From the NCBI GenBank assembly GCA_035686425.1, contig DASRZL010000072.1:11090-75089 (forward strand): DNA of 64,000 nt, in the 5' to 3' direction. Position 1 is the first letter of the stretch, and every line of letters starts with the position of its first letter. The notes beneath the pieces were generated by a model. That model ran no database searches, was not told where the DNA came from, and saw only the letters and a program-made list of their open reading frames with translations. A program made the position numbers and the translations under genes. This DNA comes from Thermoleophilia bacterium. Lineage in GTDB: Bacteria > Actinomycetota > Thermoleophilia > UBA2241. Shown piece by piece: positions 52,800 to 64,000 of this stretch.

Positions 52800-52829
52800 A
52801 TTCTAGAGAACCTGTGCGGCCCATCACAA
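52800..52829 (-). promoter_or_regulatory. Sigma-70-like promoter TTGTGA-18 nt-TAGAAT upstream of the aminotransferase-serA operon
   Basis: Minus strand reads cgtTTGTGAtgggccgcacaggttctcTAGAATgg, leaving a roughly 70-nt leader to the ATG. Confidence 0.45.
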
Positions 52830-53066
52830 ACGTTGAACGCTCAATCAGGCGTGGTCGTGTACGGATGCATGCCCGGCCGGCGCGATCGAGCGATCGTCAG
52901 CCGCGGCTGCAGCTGCGCGAAGCGCAGGCGTCTCGGGCACGGGCGACGGCCATGACGTCGCCCGGCGGCACCCAGGGCTCCGGTCGCGACGCCCAGGGAC
53001 GTAAGCGCCGGCGCGGGACACGGGCACGCGGCGGTGCGGACGGTGAGGTCAGGAGGAGGCGGAGCC

Positions 53067-53108
53067 GGCTGGTGCGGCGCGGTCCCGTTGGACCGCGCCG
53101 CACCAGCC
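53067..53108 (-). terminator. Perfect 19-bp stem / 4-nt loop hairpin (GGCTGGTGCGGCGCGGTCC-cgtt-GGACCGCGCCGCACCAGCC) downstream of the SerA-paralog gene
   Basis: Exact inverted repeat seen in sequence, about 90 nt after the stop at 53195; no U-tract. Confidence 0.5.
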
Positions 53109-53194
53109 GTCACGACGGGCGATGTGAAGAGCTCCGCATGGCTGCGAGCATAAGGGACGGCCGAGCTCCGTGTCCACTCGCCCTGCCTGCTCTC

Positions 53195-54781
53195 CTACAG
53201 CTCGACGCTCTTGCCGACGTCGAGACCACAGCGGTCGACGAGTTCACGCAACTGGTCGTCGGTCAGCGGCTGGTCCAGCGTGAGCGCCATCGCCGCCCGG
53301 TGCTCGACCGCGCCGCGCCCGACCGACATGTTGCCGATGTTCACTCCCCACTCACCGAGCATGGTCCCCAGCTTGCCGCCGACGCCGGGAAGGTCCCGGT
53401 AGCGCAGGAACAACATGCGCGGCGCCGGACCGATGTCGATCTCGTCGCCGAACACCTCGACGAGGCGCGGCTTGTGCTCGGGACCGAGCGACGTGCCGGT
53501 CACCGACACCTCCCCCCACGCCCCCTTCGCAGAGACGGATACGAGTCGTGGGAAGTCGGTGACCGCCGGGTCGCTGGTCTCAGTGACCACAAGACCCGCC
53601 GCATCGGCGATGATCTGCGCGTTGACCAAGTTGACCTTGCCCTCGGCGCCCTGGTCAAGCGCCCCCTGCAGCAGTCCAAGCGTGAGAAGGCGCGTGTCAT
53701 AGTACGCGAAGCTGCCCCCGTACCGGACATCGACGGACTCGACGGGCCCGTCGGCCAGCTGGACCGCGAGCTTCCCGAGTTGTGCGCACAGGCCGACATA
53801 GGGCATGAGCTCGGCCGCGTCGTCGTCGAGGACCGCCGGCACATTGACCGCGTTGCGGACCAGTCCGCCCGTCAGCGCCGCTGCCACCTGCTCGGCGACG
53901 GTCTCCGCGGCGCGCGCCTGCGCTTCCACGGTCTGTGCGGCTGAGGGGTCGACCAGGATCACGCCCTCCAAAGCCGCAAGCGAACTCTCCTCGGCGCCGA
54001 GCCCGACGGCAGAGCCGGCGACGGTGCCGGTCTCGACCGCACGTGCCCAGGCGGTCTCGTCCACGATGCCCCTCGCAAACGCACTGACGAGGCGCACGCC
54101 GGGCTTCATGACGGCGAACTGCGCTTCGCCGACGAGCCCAGCGTTCGCCGGCACCCCGGCGACATGGACACTCAGGAAGTCAGCTTCGCGGCAGAGCATC
54201 GTGAGATCGTCGGAGCGCTCCAGCAGGAGGTGCTCCAGCCTGTCAACCGGCTCTCCGGGATCCCAGAGGATCACCCGCATCCCGAGCACCTGGGCGGCCT
54301 CGGCCACGAGGGGCACCGCCTCATCGAGTCCGATGAACCCGAGGGTCTTGCCCCGGACCTCGACGCCACGCACGACCGGTGCGGGACGCCCGGGCAAGCG
54401 TGATCCGAGCGCCACGTGCGTGCGGACGATCTCGTGAGCGCAGGCAAGCAGCAGCGACACCACGACTTCGGCCGCGGAGACGCGATCGCTCGACGGCGCG
54501 CCGGTGACGACGATCCCGTGGGCTGTGGCCTCGTCGAGGTCGATGTCGTCGACGCGGGCCCCGGTGCGGCCGATGACCTCCAGCACGTCGGCCGCGCGTA
54601 TCACCTCGGACGGCACACCGACCGAGGGTCCAGCGATGAGGCCGTGGTACCCGGGGATCAGGCGCGCGAGGCCGGCGGCATCCGACTCGCTCGCACTGTC
54701 GACGTGGAAGCCGTCGGCCTCCAGCCGTGAGACGCCCTGGGGAGCCAATCGCCCCGCAACGAGGATCTTCTTCGTGCTCAT
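53195..54781 (-). CDS. SerA-like paralog: full-length D-3-phosphoglycerate dehydrogenase homolog with degenerate NAD-binding and catalytic residues and conserved ASB/ACT regulatory domains
   Basis: Alignable along its whole length with the adjacent serA. GxGxxG is lost (GFIGLDEAV versus GIIGLGRIG) and the catalytic Glu/His regions are replaced (VGLGAEES, VDPSAAQT), while the C-terminal half stays highly similar. Intact ORF with GGGAG RBS. Confidence 0.8.
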   Translation of the reverse strand: MSTKKILVAGRLAPQGVSRLEADGFHVDSASESDAAGLARLIPGYHGLIAGPSVGVPSEVIRAADVLEVIGRTGARVDDIDLDEATAHGIVVTGAPSSDRVSAAEVVVSLLLACAHEIVRTHVALGSRLPGRPAPVVRGVEVRGKTLGFIGLDEAVPLVAEAAQVLGMRVILWDPGEPVDRLEHLLLERSDDLTMLCREADFLSVHVAGVPANAGLVGEAQFAVMKPGVRLVSAFARGIVDETAWARAVETGTVAGSAVGLGAEESSLAALEGVILVDPSAAQTVEAQARAAETVAEQVAAALTGGLVRNAVNVPAVLDDDAAELMPYVGLCAQLGKLAVQLADGPVESVDVRYGGSFAYYDTRLLTLGLLQGALDQGAEGKVNLVNAQIIADAAGLVVTETSDPAVTDFPRLVSVSAKGAWGEVSVTGTSLGPEHKPRLVEVFGDEIDIGPAPRMLFLRYRDLPGVGGKLGTMLGEWGVNIGNMSVGRGAVEHRAAMALTLDQPLTDDQLRELVDRCGLDVGKSVEL

Positions 54782-54950
54782 CTGACGACTCCCAGGCCGA
54801 CGGTCCCGACAGTGAGCAAGGCTAGACCACAGCGCCGGTCGGCGTCCAGTTGTGCCGGGCGCGCCTACCGCGCCGACAGCAAGCCGGTGTGGAGTGCGTC
54901 TGGGCCGAATCGGGAACGCTCACCATGTACCAGAAAGGAAGTGATCTGAC

Positions 54951-55361
54951 ATGACCTTCAAGGATTCATCCATCATGCCGGTCCTCGCCGTCGACGATAT
55001 CGAGCGGGCGACGACCTTCTATCGCGACAAGCTCGGCTTCACCGTACGAGAAGACTCGCGGATGCCGGACGCGACGATCGTCCAGGTAGGCTCAAAGGAC
55101 TACCTGCTTCTCTACAAGACCGAGTTCAGACGCGGCGACAACACGGTCGCCTCGTTCCTCGTCGACGACGTTCAAGCCGCCGTGCGCGAGCTTCGCGACC
55201 GCGGAGTCACGTTCGAAGAGTACGACTTTCCCGGTCTCAAGACCGAGAACGGGGTGGCGGACCTCGGTGAGGTGGGCAAGACCGCGTGGTTCAAGGACAC
55301 CGAGGGCAACACGATCAATATCACGAGGGACCTCAAGGAGTACCTCAGCAAGGCTGCCTGA
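54951..55361 (+). CDS. VOC-family (glyoxalase/bleomycin-resistance/dioxygenase fold) protein
   Basis: 136 aa with a typical VOC beta-alpha-beta-beta-beta pattern. RBS AAAGGAAG 9 nt upstream. Lower GC. Confidence 0.75.
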   Translation: MTFKDSSIMPVLAVDDIERATTFYRDKLGFTVREDSRMPDATIVQVGSKDYLLLYKTEFRRGDNTVASFLVDDVQAAVRELRDRGVTFEEYDFPGLKTENGVADLGEVGKTAWFKDTEGNTINITRDLKEYLSKAA

Positions 55362-55460
55362 GCAGACCGATCGCAAACAGGTGAGCCGCATTCGAACGGG
55401 GCGGCCGGGGCGCCTTCAAGCGCCCCGGCCGCCCCGGGCCATTCAGTGGGGAATCCGCGA

Positions 55461-56465
<1,005 letters not shown>

Positions 56466-56583
56466 GTGGTGTCTCCTCCTCTGGACGGCCCGGCGGGCCG
56501 GCGTGCTCTCGAACGCTGAATGCTACCGCCTCGCACGGGCTGCGGCAACGCGGGCGGCCGGGCCGGCTACGCGCTCCGGCCCC

Positions 56584-57057
56584 TCACCGGTACGTCGTCC
56601 CGTCGTGCCGCAGCCACCCCCCGGCGTGATCCCCGTCCGGGTCGCGGTGCGTCCAATGGATCGTGCCGCCCCGCGAGCTCCACTCGTACTCCCCGCGGAA
56701 GGCGACGGTGTCCCCCACCTCCAGGCCGTCGATGCGCGGGGCGAGATCGATGTTGTGCGCCACAAGCAGCGTCTGCCCGGATTCGAGACGGAGGATGAAA
56801 CGCTGGTGCCGGCTGCCCTCCTCGTCGTCGGCGAGCAGGCGCATGACCGTGCCGACGCCTTCGACCTCGAGGTCGGTGGTGCGCGCGGCGAAAGCCTGGG
56901 CAAGCGCCTGATCCCCGCTTGCGGCAGCGGCTCCCGAAGAGGGACCGCCGGCATCATTCGTCCCGCCACACCCCGCGGTGAGCAGCAGCACGAGCGAGGG
57001 CGCGACGACGAAGAGCGCCACGAGCCCGGATGCGACCTCTCTGCTTCTCAAGTCCAT
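56584..57057 (-). CDS. DUF3465-like lipoprotein
   Basis: Signal peptide with an LTAGC lipobox, then an OB-fold-like domain (HWTHRDPDG). The track's N-terminal Arg-rich extension is rejected. Confidence 0.6.
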   Translation of the reverse strand: MDLRSREVASGLVALFVVAPSLVLLLTAGCGGTNDAGGPSSGAAAASGDQALAQAFAARTTDLEVEGVGTVMRLLADDEEGSRHQRFILRLESGQTLLVAHNIDLAPRIDGLEVGDTVAFRGEYEWSSRGGTIHWTHRDPDGDHAGGWLRHDGTTYR

Positions 57058-57533
57058 GCCTGCAGTTCGACGATGTTGCCCTCGGGGTCGGCGACGTACA
57101 CGAACGTGAGGACGCCGGCCCCGGGGACCTCCGAAGACGCCACGTCGCCCACGCGACTCCCGCCGTGCTCGAGCACGTTCCGGACCGCCGCGGCAACGTC
57201 GTCCACCTCGAAGGCGATGTGGGCGATGCCTTCGCGGTTCGCGGCCACGGCGGGCCGGGGCTCGCTCCTGGCGTAGCCGAAGATCTCGAGCGTCGGCCCC
57301 CGCTCGCCGTGCCCGGGCAGAAGCAGATGGATCCCGGTGATGTGCGCGCCCCGTACACCGGTGCCCTTGTCGAGCCACGCTCCCGACAGGTCGCGCCGCG
57401 GTGGCGCCGGTTCGCACCCGAAGACGTCCTCGTAGAACGCCGCAACGGCCTGCCAGTCAGAGGCCACGATGCTGGTGTGCCTGTAGCTCGCCTTCACGAC
57501 TCCCCTTTGTCCGCCGCGCGCTCCCTGTATCAT
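57048..57533 (-). CDS. VOC-family (glyoxalase I-like) protein; start ambiguous (ATG 57533 or internal GTG near 57500)
   Basis: HTSIVASDWQAVAAFYEDVFG...IAHIAFEVDD...VADPEGNIVEL. Divergent from azlC with only about 6-40 nt between the starts. Confidence 0.7.
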   Translation of the reverse strand: MIQGARGGQRGVVKASYRHTSIVASDWQAVAAFYEDVFGCEPAPPRRDLSGAWLDKGTGVRGAHITGIHLLLPGHGERGPTLEIFGYARSEPRPAVAANREGIAHIAFEVDDVAAAVRNVLEHGGSRVGDVASSEVPGAGVLTFVYVADPEGNIVELQAWT

Positions 57534-57539
57534 CGCGCC

Positions 57540-58268
57540 GTGAGCACATCATCATCCGACGCGGCGGGCAAGACCTCCGCGCACGACTCAGCCCTCGCCG
57601 CCGCCTTCGTAGACACCATATCGGTGGGCGTCGGCATGTTCCCGCTGGGCGCCGCGTTCGGGCTCCTCGTGGTGCAGTCGGGGCTGGACTGGTGGTGGGC
57701 GCTGGTCTTCTCGGTGCTGGTCTACGCCGGGTCCATGGAGTTCCTCGCCGTCGGATTGGTGGTCGCGGTCACGCCGTTGCCGCAGCTCGCCCTGACCACC
57801 TTCCTCGTCAACTTCCGCCACGTCTTCTACGCCCTGTCGTTTCCCCTGGACAGGGTGCGGGGCCGCGCCGGCAAGACGTACAGCATGTACGCGCTGACCG
57901 ATGAGGCCTACGCCCTCACCGCGGGCCGGCCGGGCGTGTCGCTGAGCAGCGCCCGCGTGCTGTGGCTGCAGGCGTTCTGCCAGGCGTACTGGGTGGCCGG
58001 CAGCGTCGCCGGCGCGCTCCTGGGAAGCTGGCTGGCAGTGGATCTCCTGGGCCTGGCGTTCACGCTCACGGCGCTCTTCGTCGTGCTCGCCATGGACGCA
58101 ATGCGCGTGGAACGCGACCTGCCGGGCCCGGTCCTCGCGTTGTTCTGCGCGCTGCTCGCCCTTCTTGTAGCCCCGGGGCAGATGCTCGTCACCGGTATGG
58201 GCCTGTTCGTCGCGGCGCTGTGCGTCCGCTTCGTGTTGCAGAAGGCGAGGCGCGACGCGAATGCCTGA
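57540..58268 (+). CDS. azlC: AzlC-family branched-chain amino acid exporter subunit
   Basis: 243 aa with 5-6 TM helices and AzlC-like topology. GTG start; the track's N-terminal extension is rejected. Confidence 0.8.
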   Translation: MSTSSSDAAGKTSAHDSALAAAFVDTISVGVGMFPLGAAFGLLVVQSGLDWWWALVFSVLVYAGSMEFLAVGLVVAVTPLPQLALTTFLVNFRHVFYALSFPLDRVRGRAGKTYSMYALTDEAYALTAGRPGVSLSSARVLWLQAFCQAYWVAGSVAGALLGSWLAVDLLGLAFTLTALFVVLAMDAMRVERDLPGPVLALFCALLALLVAPGQMLVTGMGLFVAALCVRFVLQKARRDANA

Positions 58269-58590
58269 CAACGCGTACCTCATGGCCGCGTCCCTGACGA
58301 TGTTCGCCGTCACCTTCGCCCTGCGCTCTTTGCCCTTCGCCGTCCTTCGGCCGCTGCGCGACTCCGCTCTGATCGGGTACCTGAGCAGCCACATGCCGGC
58401 CGGCATCATGGTCATCCTCGTGGTGTACACCTTGCGCGGCGTCTCGTTGAGCGAGGCGCCGCACGGGCTGCCCGAGATCCTGGCTCTGGTGGTCACCGTG
58501 GCCCTGCACCTGTGGAAGCGCAACGCCGTGGCCAGCATCATCGTCGGCACGGCGGTCTACGTCGCAGTGGTCAATCTGGTGTTCGTCTGA
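58261..58590 (+). CDS. azlD: AzlD-family branched-chain amino acid transport protein
   Basis: 109 aa with 3-4 TM helices; overlaps the azlC stop by 8 nt. Confidence 0.75.
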   Translation: MPDNAYLMAASLTMFAVTFALRSLPFAVLRPLRDSALIGYLSSHMPAGIMVILVVYTLRGVSLSEAPHGLPEILALVVTVALHLWKRNAVASIIVGTAVYVAVVNLVFV

Positions 58591-58599
58591 GGCCTGGGC

Positions 58600-58930
58600 G
58601 CGGCGGCGCCGTCGGGCCGGTTCCCCGGTGCCCCAACGGTCGTTGACGCAGTCCAGGTCCTTGTCGCCGCAGCCGCTGAGGCTGACGAGGATCGTCCCCG
58701 TCTTCATCTCCCGGGCCTTGACGGGCGCGTGCGCCACGCTGCGCTGACCAGCGCCGGTCTCGGCGAAGGACGCTTCCCGCTGCGGCGGCAGAAGCTGACC
58801 TCCGTAGCTTCGATGTAACCGCCTTCGTCGGGCAGCGCCTGGCCCGCCGCGCCTGACCGATCAGTCATCACCGCGTGGTCTCGGTGTCTCGCATCGGCCA
58901 GCGGCCAGTCCACGCGCCGCGGCCGCACGC
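58600..58930 (-). pseudogene. Possible decayed 3' fragment of a trpB-like (PLP fold-type II) gene
   Basis: In intergenic DNA one minus frame with strong GC3 bias reads ...SVAHAPVKAREMKTGTILVSLSGCGDKDLDCV, resembling the TrpB C-terminal motif (IVVNLSGRGDKDLD). An adjacent frame reads EGGYIEATEVSF (compare EGIIPALESSH). There is no intact ORF or start. Confidence 0.25.
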
Positions 58931-59086
58931 CTCAGCGGCCCCGCTCGTTGTCAGAACGGGCAACGGCGGCGTCACACGGAACTGGCGACTCAGGCCTGAG
59001 CAGCGCGATCGCCGGGTAGATGAGCAGAACATTCATCGAGTCACATCGAGGGTCCGGGTGACCGTCCTCCCAAGGAGATACAGACC

Positions 59087-60289
59087 ATGAGACGTAGCCA
59101 CATCTCGCCGCTCGTCGCGGCGCTCGCCCTGCTCACACTGCTTGTCGCCGTCCCCATCGCGGCGGCGACCGGCAGCAGCTTCAACCCGTCACTGTCGTGG
59201 ACGAAGGTCTACGGCGACGATCCCTCGGGCTGGACCGGCCGTGCCGGCCTTCAGGCCGTCCAACTGCGTGGCAACCTGTACGTGATGGGCGGCCGCACGC
59301 CGGACCCGTCGCAGTTCAACCCGTTCGGCAGCATCCTGTGGAACGACGTGTGGAAGAGCCGCGACCTCGGACGCTCGTGGCGCAACGTGGGCACCGCGCC
59401 GTGGGCCGCCCGGGGGTACTTCCAGGCCGTCACCAAGGACGGCGCCATGTTCGTGCTCGGCGGCCAGAACCAGCCGTCCGGGCGGCAGTCCGAGTTCTTC
59501 AACGACGTCTGGAGGTCGTACGACGGCAAGAACTGGAAGCAGCTGACCGCCAGCGCTCCGTGGAAGGGTCGTGCCGGCCTCAGCGCCATCGTGTTCCGTG
59601 ACTACATCTACGTCATGGGCGGCAGCAACGGCGACGACGTCGCCATCGGCGGCAGCGGTCGCGAGGTCTTCAACGACGTCTGGCGCTCACGTGACGGCAG
59701 GTCCTGGAAGCTGGTCACGAGCGACGCCGCCTGGCCCGCGCGGGCCGGCGCCGCGGTCGTCAAGAAGGGTGGCTACATCTACCTCCTCGGCGGCGAGGAC
59801 GGCTTCCTGTGCACGGTGGGTCCGGCCGGCCTACAGTGCCCGTACTTCAACGACGTGTGGCGTTCGCGCAACGGCGCCTCGTGGAAGCAGGTGACGGCGT
59901 CCGCGGCGTGGAGTCCCCGCCCCGGGCACCAGGCCCAGGTGCTCTACGGCGCCATCACCGTGTTCGGCGGATTCGGCTGGCCCTCGCTCGCGGACCCGAC
60001 ACAGCCGCCCGGACCCTTGAACCCGTTCCTCCCCGGCCATCCGACCGACCAGTGGTCCAGCCGCGACGGGAAGAACTGGACCCGGTTGCCGGGCAGCCCG
60101 TGGAACGCGACCAGCGCCGCGGACGTCAAGTACGACTTCGATTCGCTCATGGTCAGGACGGGCTATTTCGGGCTGCGCCAGTCGATCTACACGTTCGGCG
60201 GCGACCGTGAGATCTCGTTCGTGAACCCCGATCCTTCGCTCGTCGACGACGACGTCTGGCGCGCCACGCCGCGTCTTTGGCGCTGGTAG
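59087..60289 (+). CDS. Secreted Kelch-type beta-propeller protein (six repeats)
   Basis: Signal peptide MRRSHISPLVAALALLTLLVAVPIAAATG; six NDVW(R/K)S(R/Y)DG.(S/N)WK repeats with GG (LGG/MGG) blade motifs. RBS GGAGA 8 nt upstream. Confidence 0.75.
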   Translation: MRRSHISPLVAALALLTLLVAVPIAAATGSSFNPSLSWTKVYGDDPSGWTGRAGLQAVQLRGNLYVMGGRTPDPSQFNPFGSILWNDVWKSRDLGRSWRNVGTAPWAARGYFQAVTKDGAMFVLGGQNQPSGRQSEFFNDVWRSYDGKNWKQLTASAPWKGRAGLSAIVFRDYIYVMGGSNGDDVAIGGSGREVFNDVWRSRDGRSWKLVTSDAAWPARAGAAVVKKGGYIYLLGGEDGFLCTVGPAGLQCPYFNDVWRSRNGASWKQVTASAAWSPRPGHQAQVLYGAITVFGGFGWPSLADPTQPPGPLNPFLPGHPTDQWSSRDGKNWTRLPGSPWNATSAADVKYDFDSLMVRTGYFGLRQSIYTFGGDREISFVNPDPSLVDDDVWRATPRLWRW

Positions 60290-60342
60290 TACGACGCTGA
60301 CGCCGCCCGCTCATCGTCGGTCCCGGCGACGAGCGGCGCGAA

Positions 60343-60385
60343 CGCCGAAGGGCGGGGCCGGCTGCGCCGGCCCCGCCCTTCGGCG
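60343..60385. terminator. Bidirectional hairpin terminator between convergent genes (18-bp perfect stem, 5-nt loop)
   Basis: CGCCGAAGGGCGGGGCCGG-ctgcg-CCGGCCCCGCCCTTCGGCG seen in sequence between the Kelch stop (60289) and the ilvN stop (60407). Confidence 0.55.
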
Positions 60386-60406
60386 CGTGAACGGAGCTGA
60401 TCGGCG

Positions 60407-60882
60407 TCAGCCCCTTCCGCGCCCCATCGCGATGGTCCCGGTGCGAACGACCTCGAGCACGCCGAGCGGCTGGAGCAACTCCAGCAGCGCCTCCAGCTTG
60501 TCGTTGGTGCCGACGACGCGCAGCGTGAGCGTGCGCCGGTCCACGTCGACGATCTTGGCCTTGAAGATCTCGGCGATCTGCAACGCCTCGGTGCGCTTGT
60601 CGCCCTCGCCGGCGACGCGCACCAGCAGGAGCTCGGCGGAGACCGCGTTGTCCGGCGCGAGGTCACGGATCTTGAGCACGTTGATGAGCTTGTGGAGCTG
60701 CTTGGTGACCTGGTCGACCGGGTGCTCGTCGCCATCGATGACGATGGTGATGCGCGAGAGCTTGGGGTCCTCGCTGAGCCCCACCGCCAGGCTCTCGATG
60801 TTGAAGCCGCGACGAGCGAAGAGCCCGGCGACCCGCGTGAGCACGCCGGGCTTGTTCTCGACGAGGATGGAGAGGGTGTGCT

Positions 60883-60886
<4 letters not shown>
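60407..60886 (-). CDS. ilvN: Acetolactate synthase small (regulatory) subunit
   Basis: [33 protein letters not shown] ACT domain. Confidence 0.9.
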
Positions 60887-62603
<1,717 letters not shown>

Positions 62604-62607
<4 letters not shown>

Positions 62608-64000
62608 TGCAGCACTGCTCCCTTCTCCGCGCCGGAGACGAGTTTGACGTAGCGGGCGAGGTACCCGGTTACGCCGTCGCGCGGCGCGATGGGCGGCTGT
62701 GCCGCCTTTCGCCGCGCGATCTCGTCCTCCGGAAGGTCGAGGGTGAGCATGCGTGCAGGAATGTCGATGCTGATCGTGTCGCCGTCCTGCACGAGACCGA
62801 TAGGGCCGCCCGCGTGCGCCTCCGGCGCGACGTGCCCGATGGCCGCCCCGCGCGTCGCGCCGCTGAAGCGGCCGTCGGTGATGAGCGCCACGTCCTTGTC
62901 CCGGCCCTGGCCCGCCAGCATCGACGTGGCGCTGAGCATCTCGGGCATGCCGGGGGCGCCCTTGGGCCCCTCGCCGCGGATGACGAGGACCGAGCCTGTC
63001 GCGATATCGCCGCTCGAGATCGCCGCCACCGCTTCTTTCTCGCTCTCGAAGACCCGGGCAGGGCCGCTGTGGCGCAGCATCTCGTCGGCGACGGCGCCCT
63101 CCTTGACCACGGCGCCGAGCGGGGCGAGGTTTCCGAACAGCACCGCGAGGCCACCGGTGGCGTGATAGGCGCGGTCGAGGGGCCGGATCACGTCGTCGTC
63201 GACGACGCGGGCGCCGGCCACGGCCTCGCCGACGGTACCGCCGGCGACGCTGAGCGCCGAGCCGTCCATGAGCCCGGCCGCGATCAGCTGCTTCATCACG
63301 GCCTGGATGCCGCCGGCGTGGTAGAGATCCTCCATGTGATGCGTGCCGGCGGGGGCGATCTTGCAGATGTGCGGCACCCTGGCCGCGACCTCGTTGATGC
63401 GCCGCAGGTCGAAGTCGAGGCCCGCCTCAGTGGCGATCGCCGTGAGGTGGAGCACGGTGTTGGTGCTGCAGCCGAGGCTCGCGTCGGCGGCGAGAGCGTT
63501 CCCGACCGCCGCGTCCGTCAGGATATCGCGCGGCTTGAGGTCGGCGGCGAGCACGTCCATGACCTTCATGCCGCTGTCCTTGGCGAAGCGCAGGCGCTCG
63601 CTGTACACGGCGGGGATCGTGCCGTTGCCGGGGAGCGCCATGCCGATGACCTCGGCGAGGCAGTTCATCGAGTTGGCGGTGAACATGCCGGAGCACGATC
63701 CGCACGTGGGGCAGGCGCTGCATTCGATGGCCTTGAGGCCCTCGTCGTCGAGCTTGCCGGCCTGGTGCTGGCCGACGGCCTCGAAGACGCTGTTGAGATC
63801 GAGGGTGCGGCCCTCCAGGTGGCCGGCGAGCATCGCGCCGCCGCCGACCATGACCGAGGGCACGTTGAGCCGCATCGCCGCCATCAGCATGCCGGGCACG
63901 ATCTTGTCGCAGCACGGCACGAGGACGAGCGCGTCGAAGGCGTGGGCGATGGTCATCGACTCGACGGTGTCGGCGATGAGCTCGCGGCTGGGCAGCGAGT
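62604..64000 (-). CDS. ilvD: Dihydroxy-acid dehydratase, C-terminal ~465 aa; the gene continues beyond the window end
   Basis: CDKIVPGMLMAA..., SACPTCGSCSGMFTANSMNC Fe-S ligands and GRFSGATRGAAIGHVAPEA. The in-frame sequence continues upstream to the window edge. Confidence 0.95.

Noticed and set aside
52724-53066. Glycine or other riboswitch in the aminotransferase-serA leader
   Set aside because: No match to the glycine, SAM or other riboswitch consensus cores that I can recall; only generic GC hairpins. Left as an unassigned structured region.
58945-59046. 34-codon minus-strand ORF (MNVLLIYPAIALL...) upstream of the Kelch gene
   Set aside because: No RBS, mixed GC3, and it lies in the Kelch promoter region. 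Likely non-coding.

Overview
High-GC (roughly 70%) actinobacterial-type chromosomal core region. Almost all genes run on the minus strand in long, tightly coupled operons. LAXTG sortase-E signal, atp operon flanked by wecA and murA, and a comF-hpf-secA arrangement point to an Actinobacteria / Thermoleophilia-like organism. Gene order from high to low coordinate: ilvD-ilvB-ilvN; a small plus-strand island (secreted Kelch propeller, azlCD); VOC/DUF3465/ilvC; a catalytically degenerate SerA paralog; class-V aminotransferase-serA; leuA-leuC-leuD-leuB-ilvE-cimA (leucine plus citramalate-route isoleucine); dnaE; hisZ-hisG-hisD-hisB-hisH-hisA-hisF-tsaC-phzF; rpiB-glyA-dCMP deaminase; wecA-atpZ-atpI-atpBEFHAGDC-murA-LCP-LCP-like; an O-antigen-ligase/TPR membrane protein; ugd-manC-manB-PGI/PMI-nucleosidase-like-ahcY-mtnA-NDP-sugar pyrophosphorylase-comF-hpf-secA. 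No tRNA/rRNA, CRISPR or mobile elements were recognised. Most long plus-strand ORFs in the track are Arg/Ala-rich antisense artefacts of GC-rich coding DNA. The most noteworthy items are: (1) a CsoR/RicR-like palindrome in front of a Cys-rich 107-aa ORF; (2) an intact but catalytically dead SerA paralog that keeps the regulatory domains; (3) a candidate Leu-codon leader peptide upstream of leuA; (4) a tiny low-GC LAXTG sortase substrate beside the cell-wall genes; (5) a wecA N-terminal TM helix encoded upstream of any canonical start; (6) pervasive 4-nt ATGA/GTGA gene overlaps; (7) several perfect long hairpins. All coordinates and motif calls were made by eye from the sequence, and several minus-strand start positions may be off by 1 nt.
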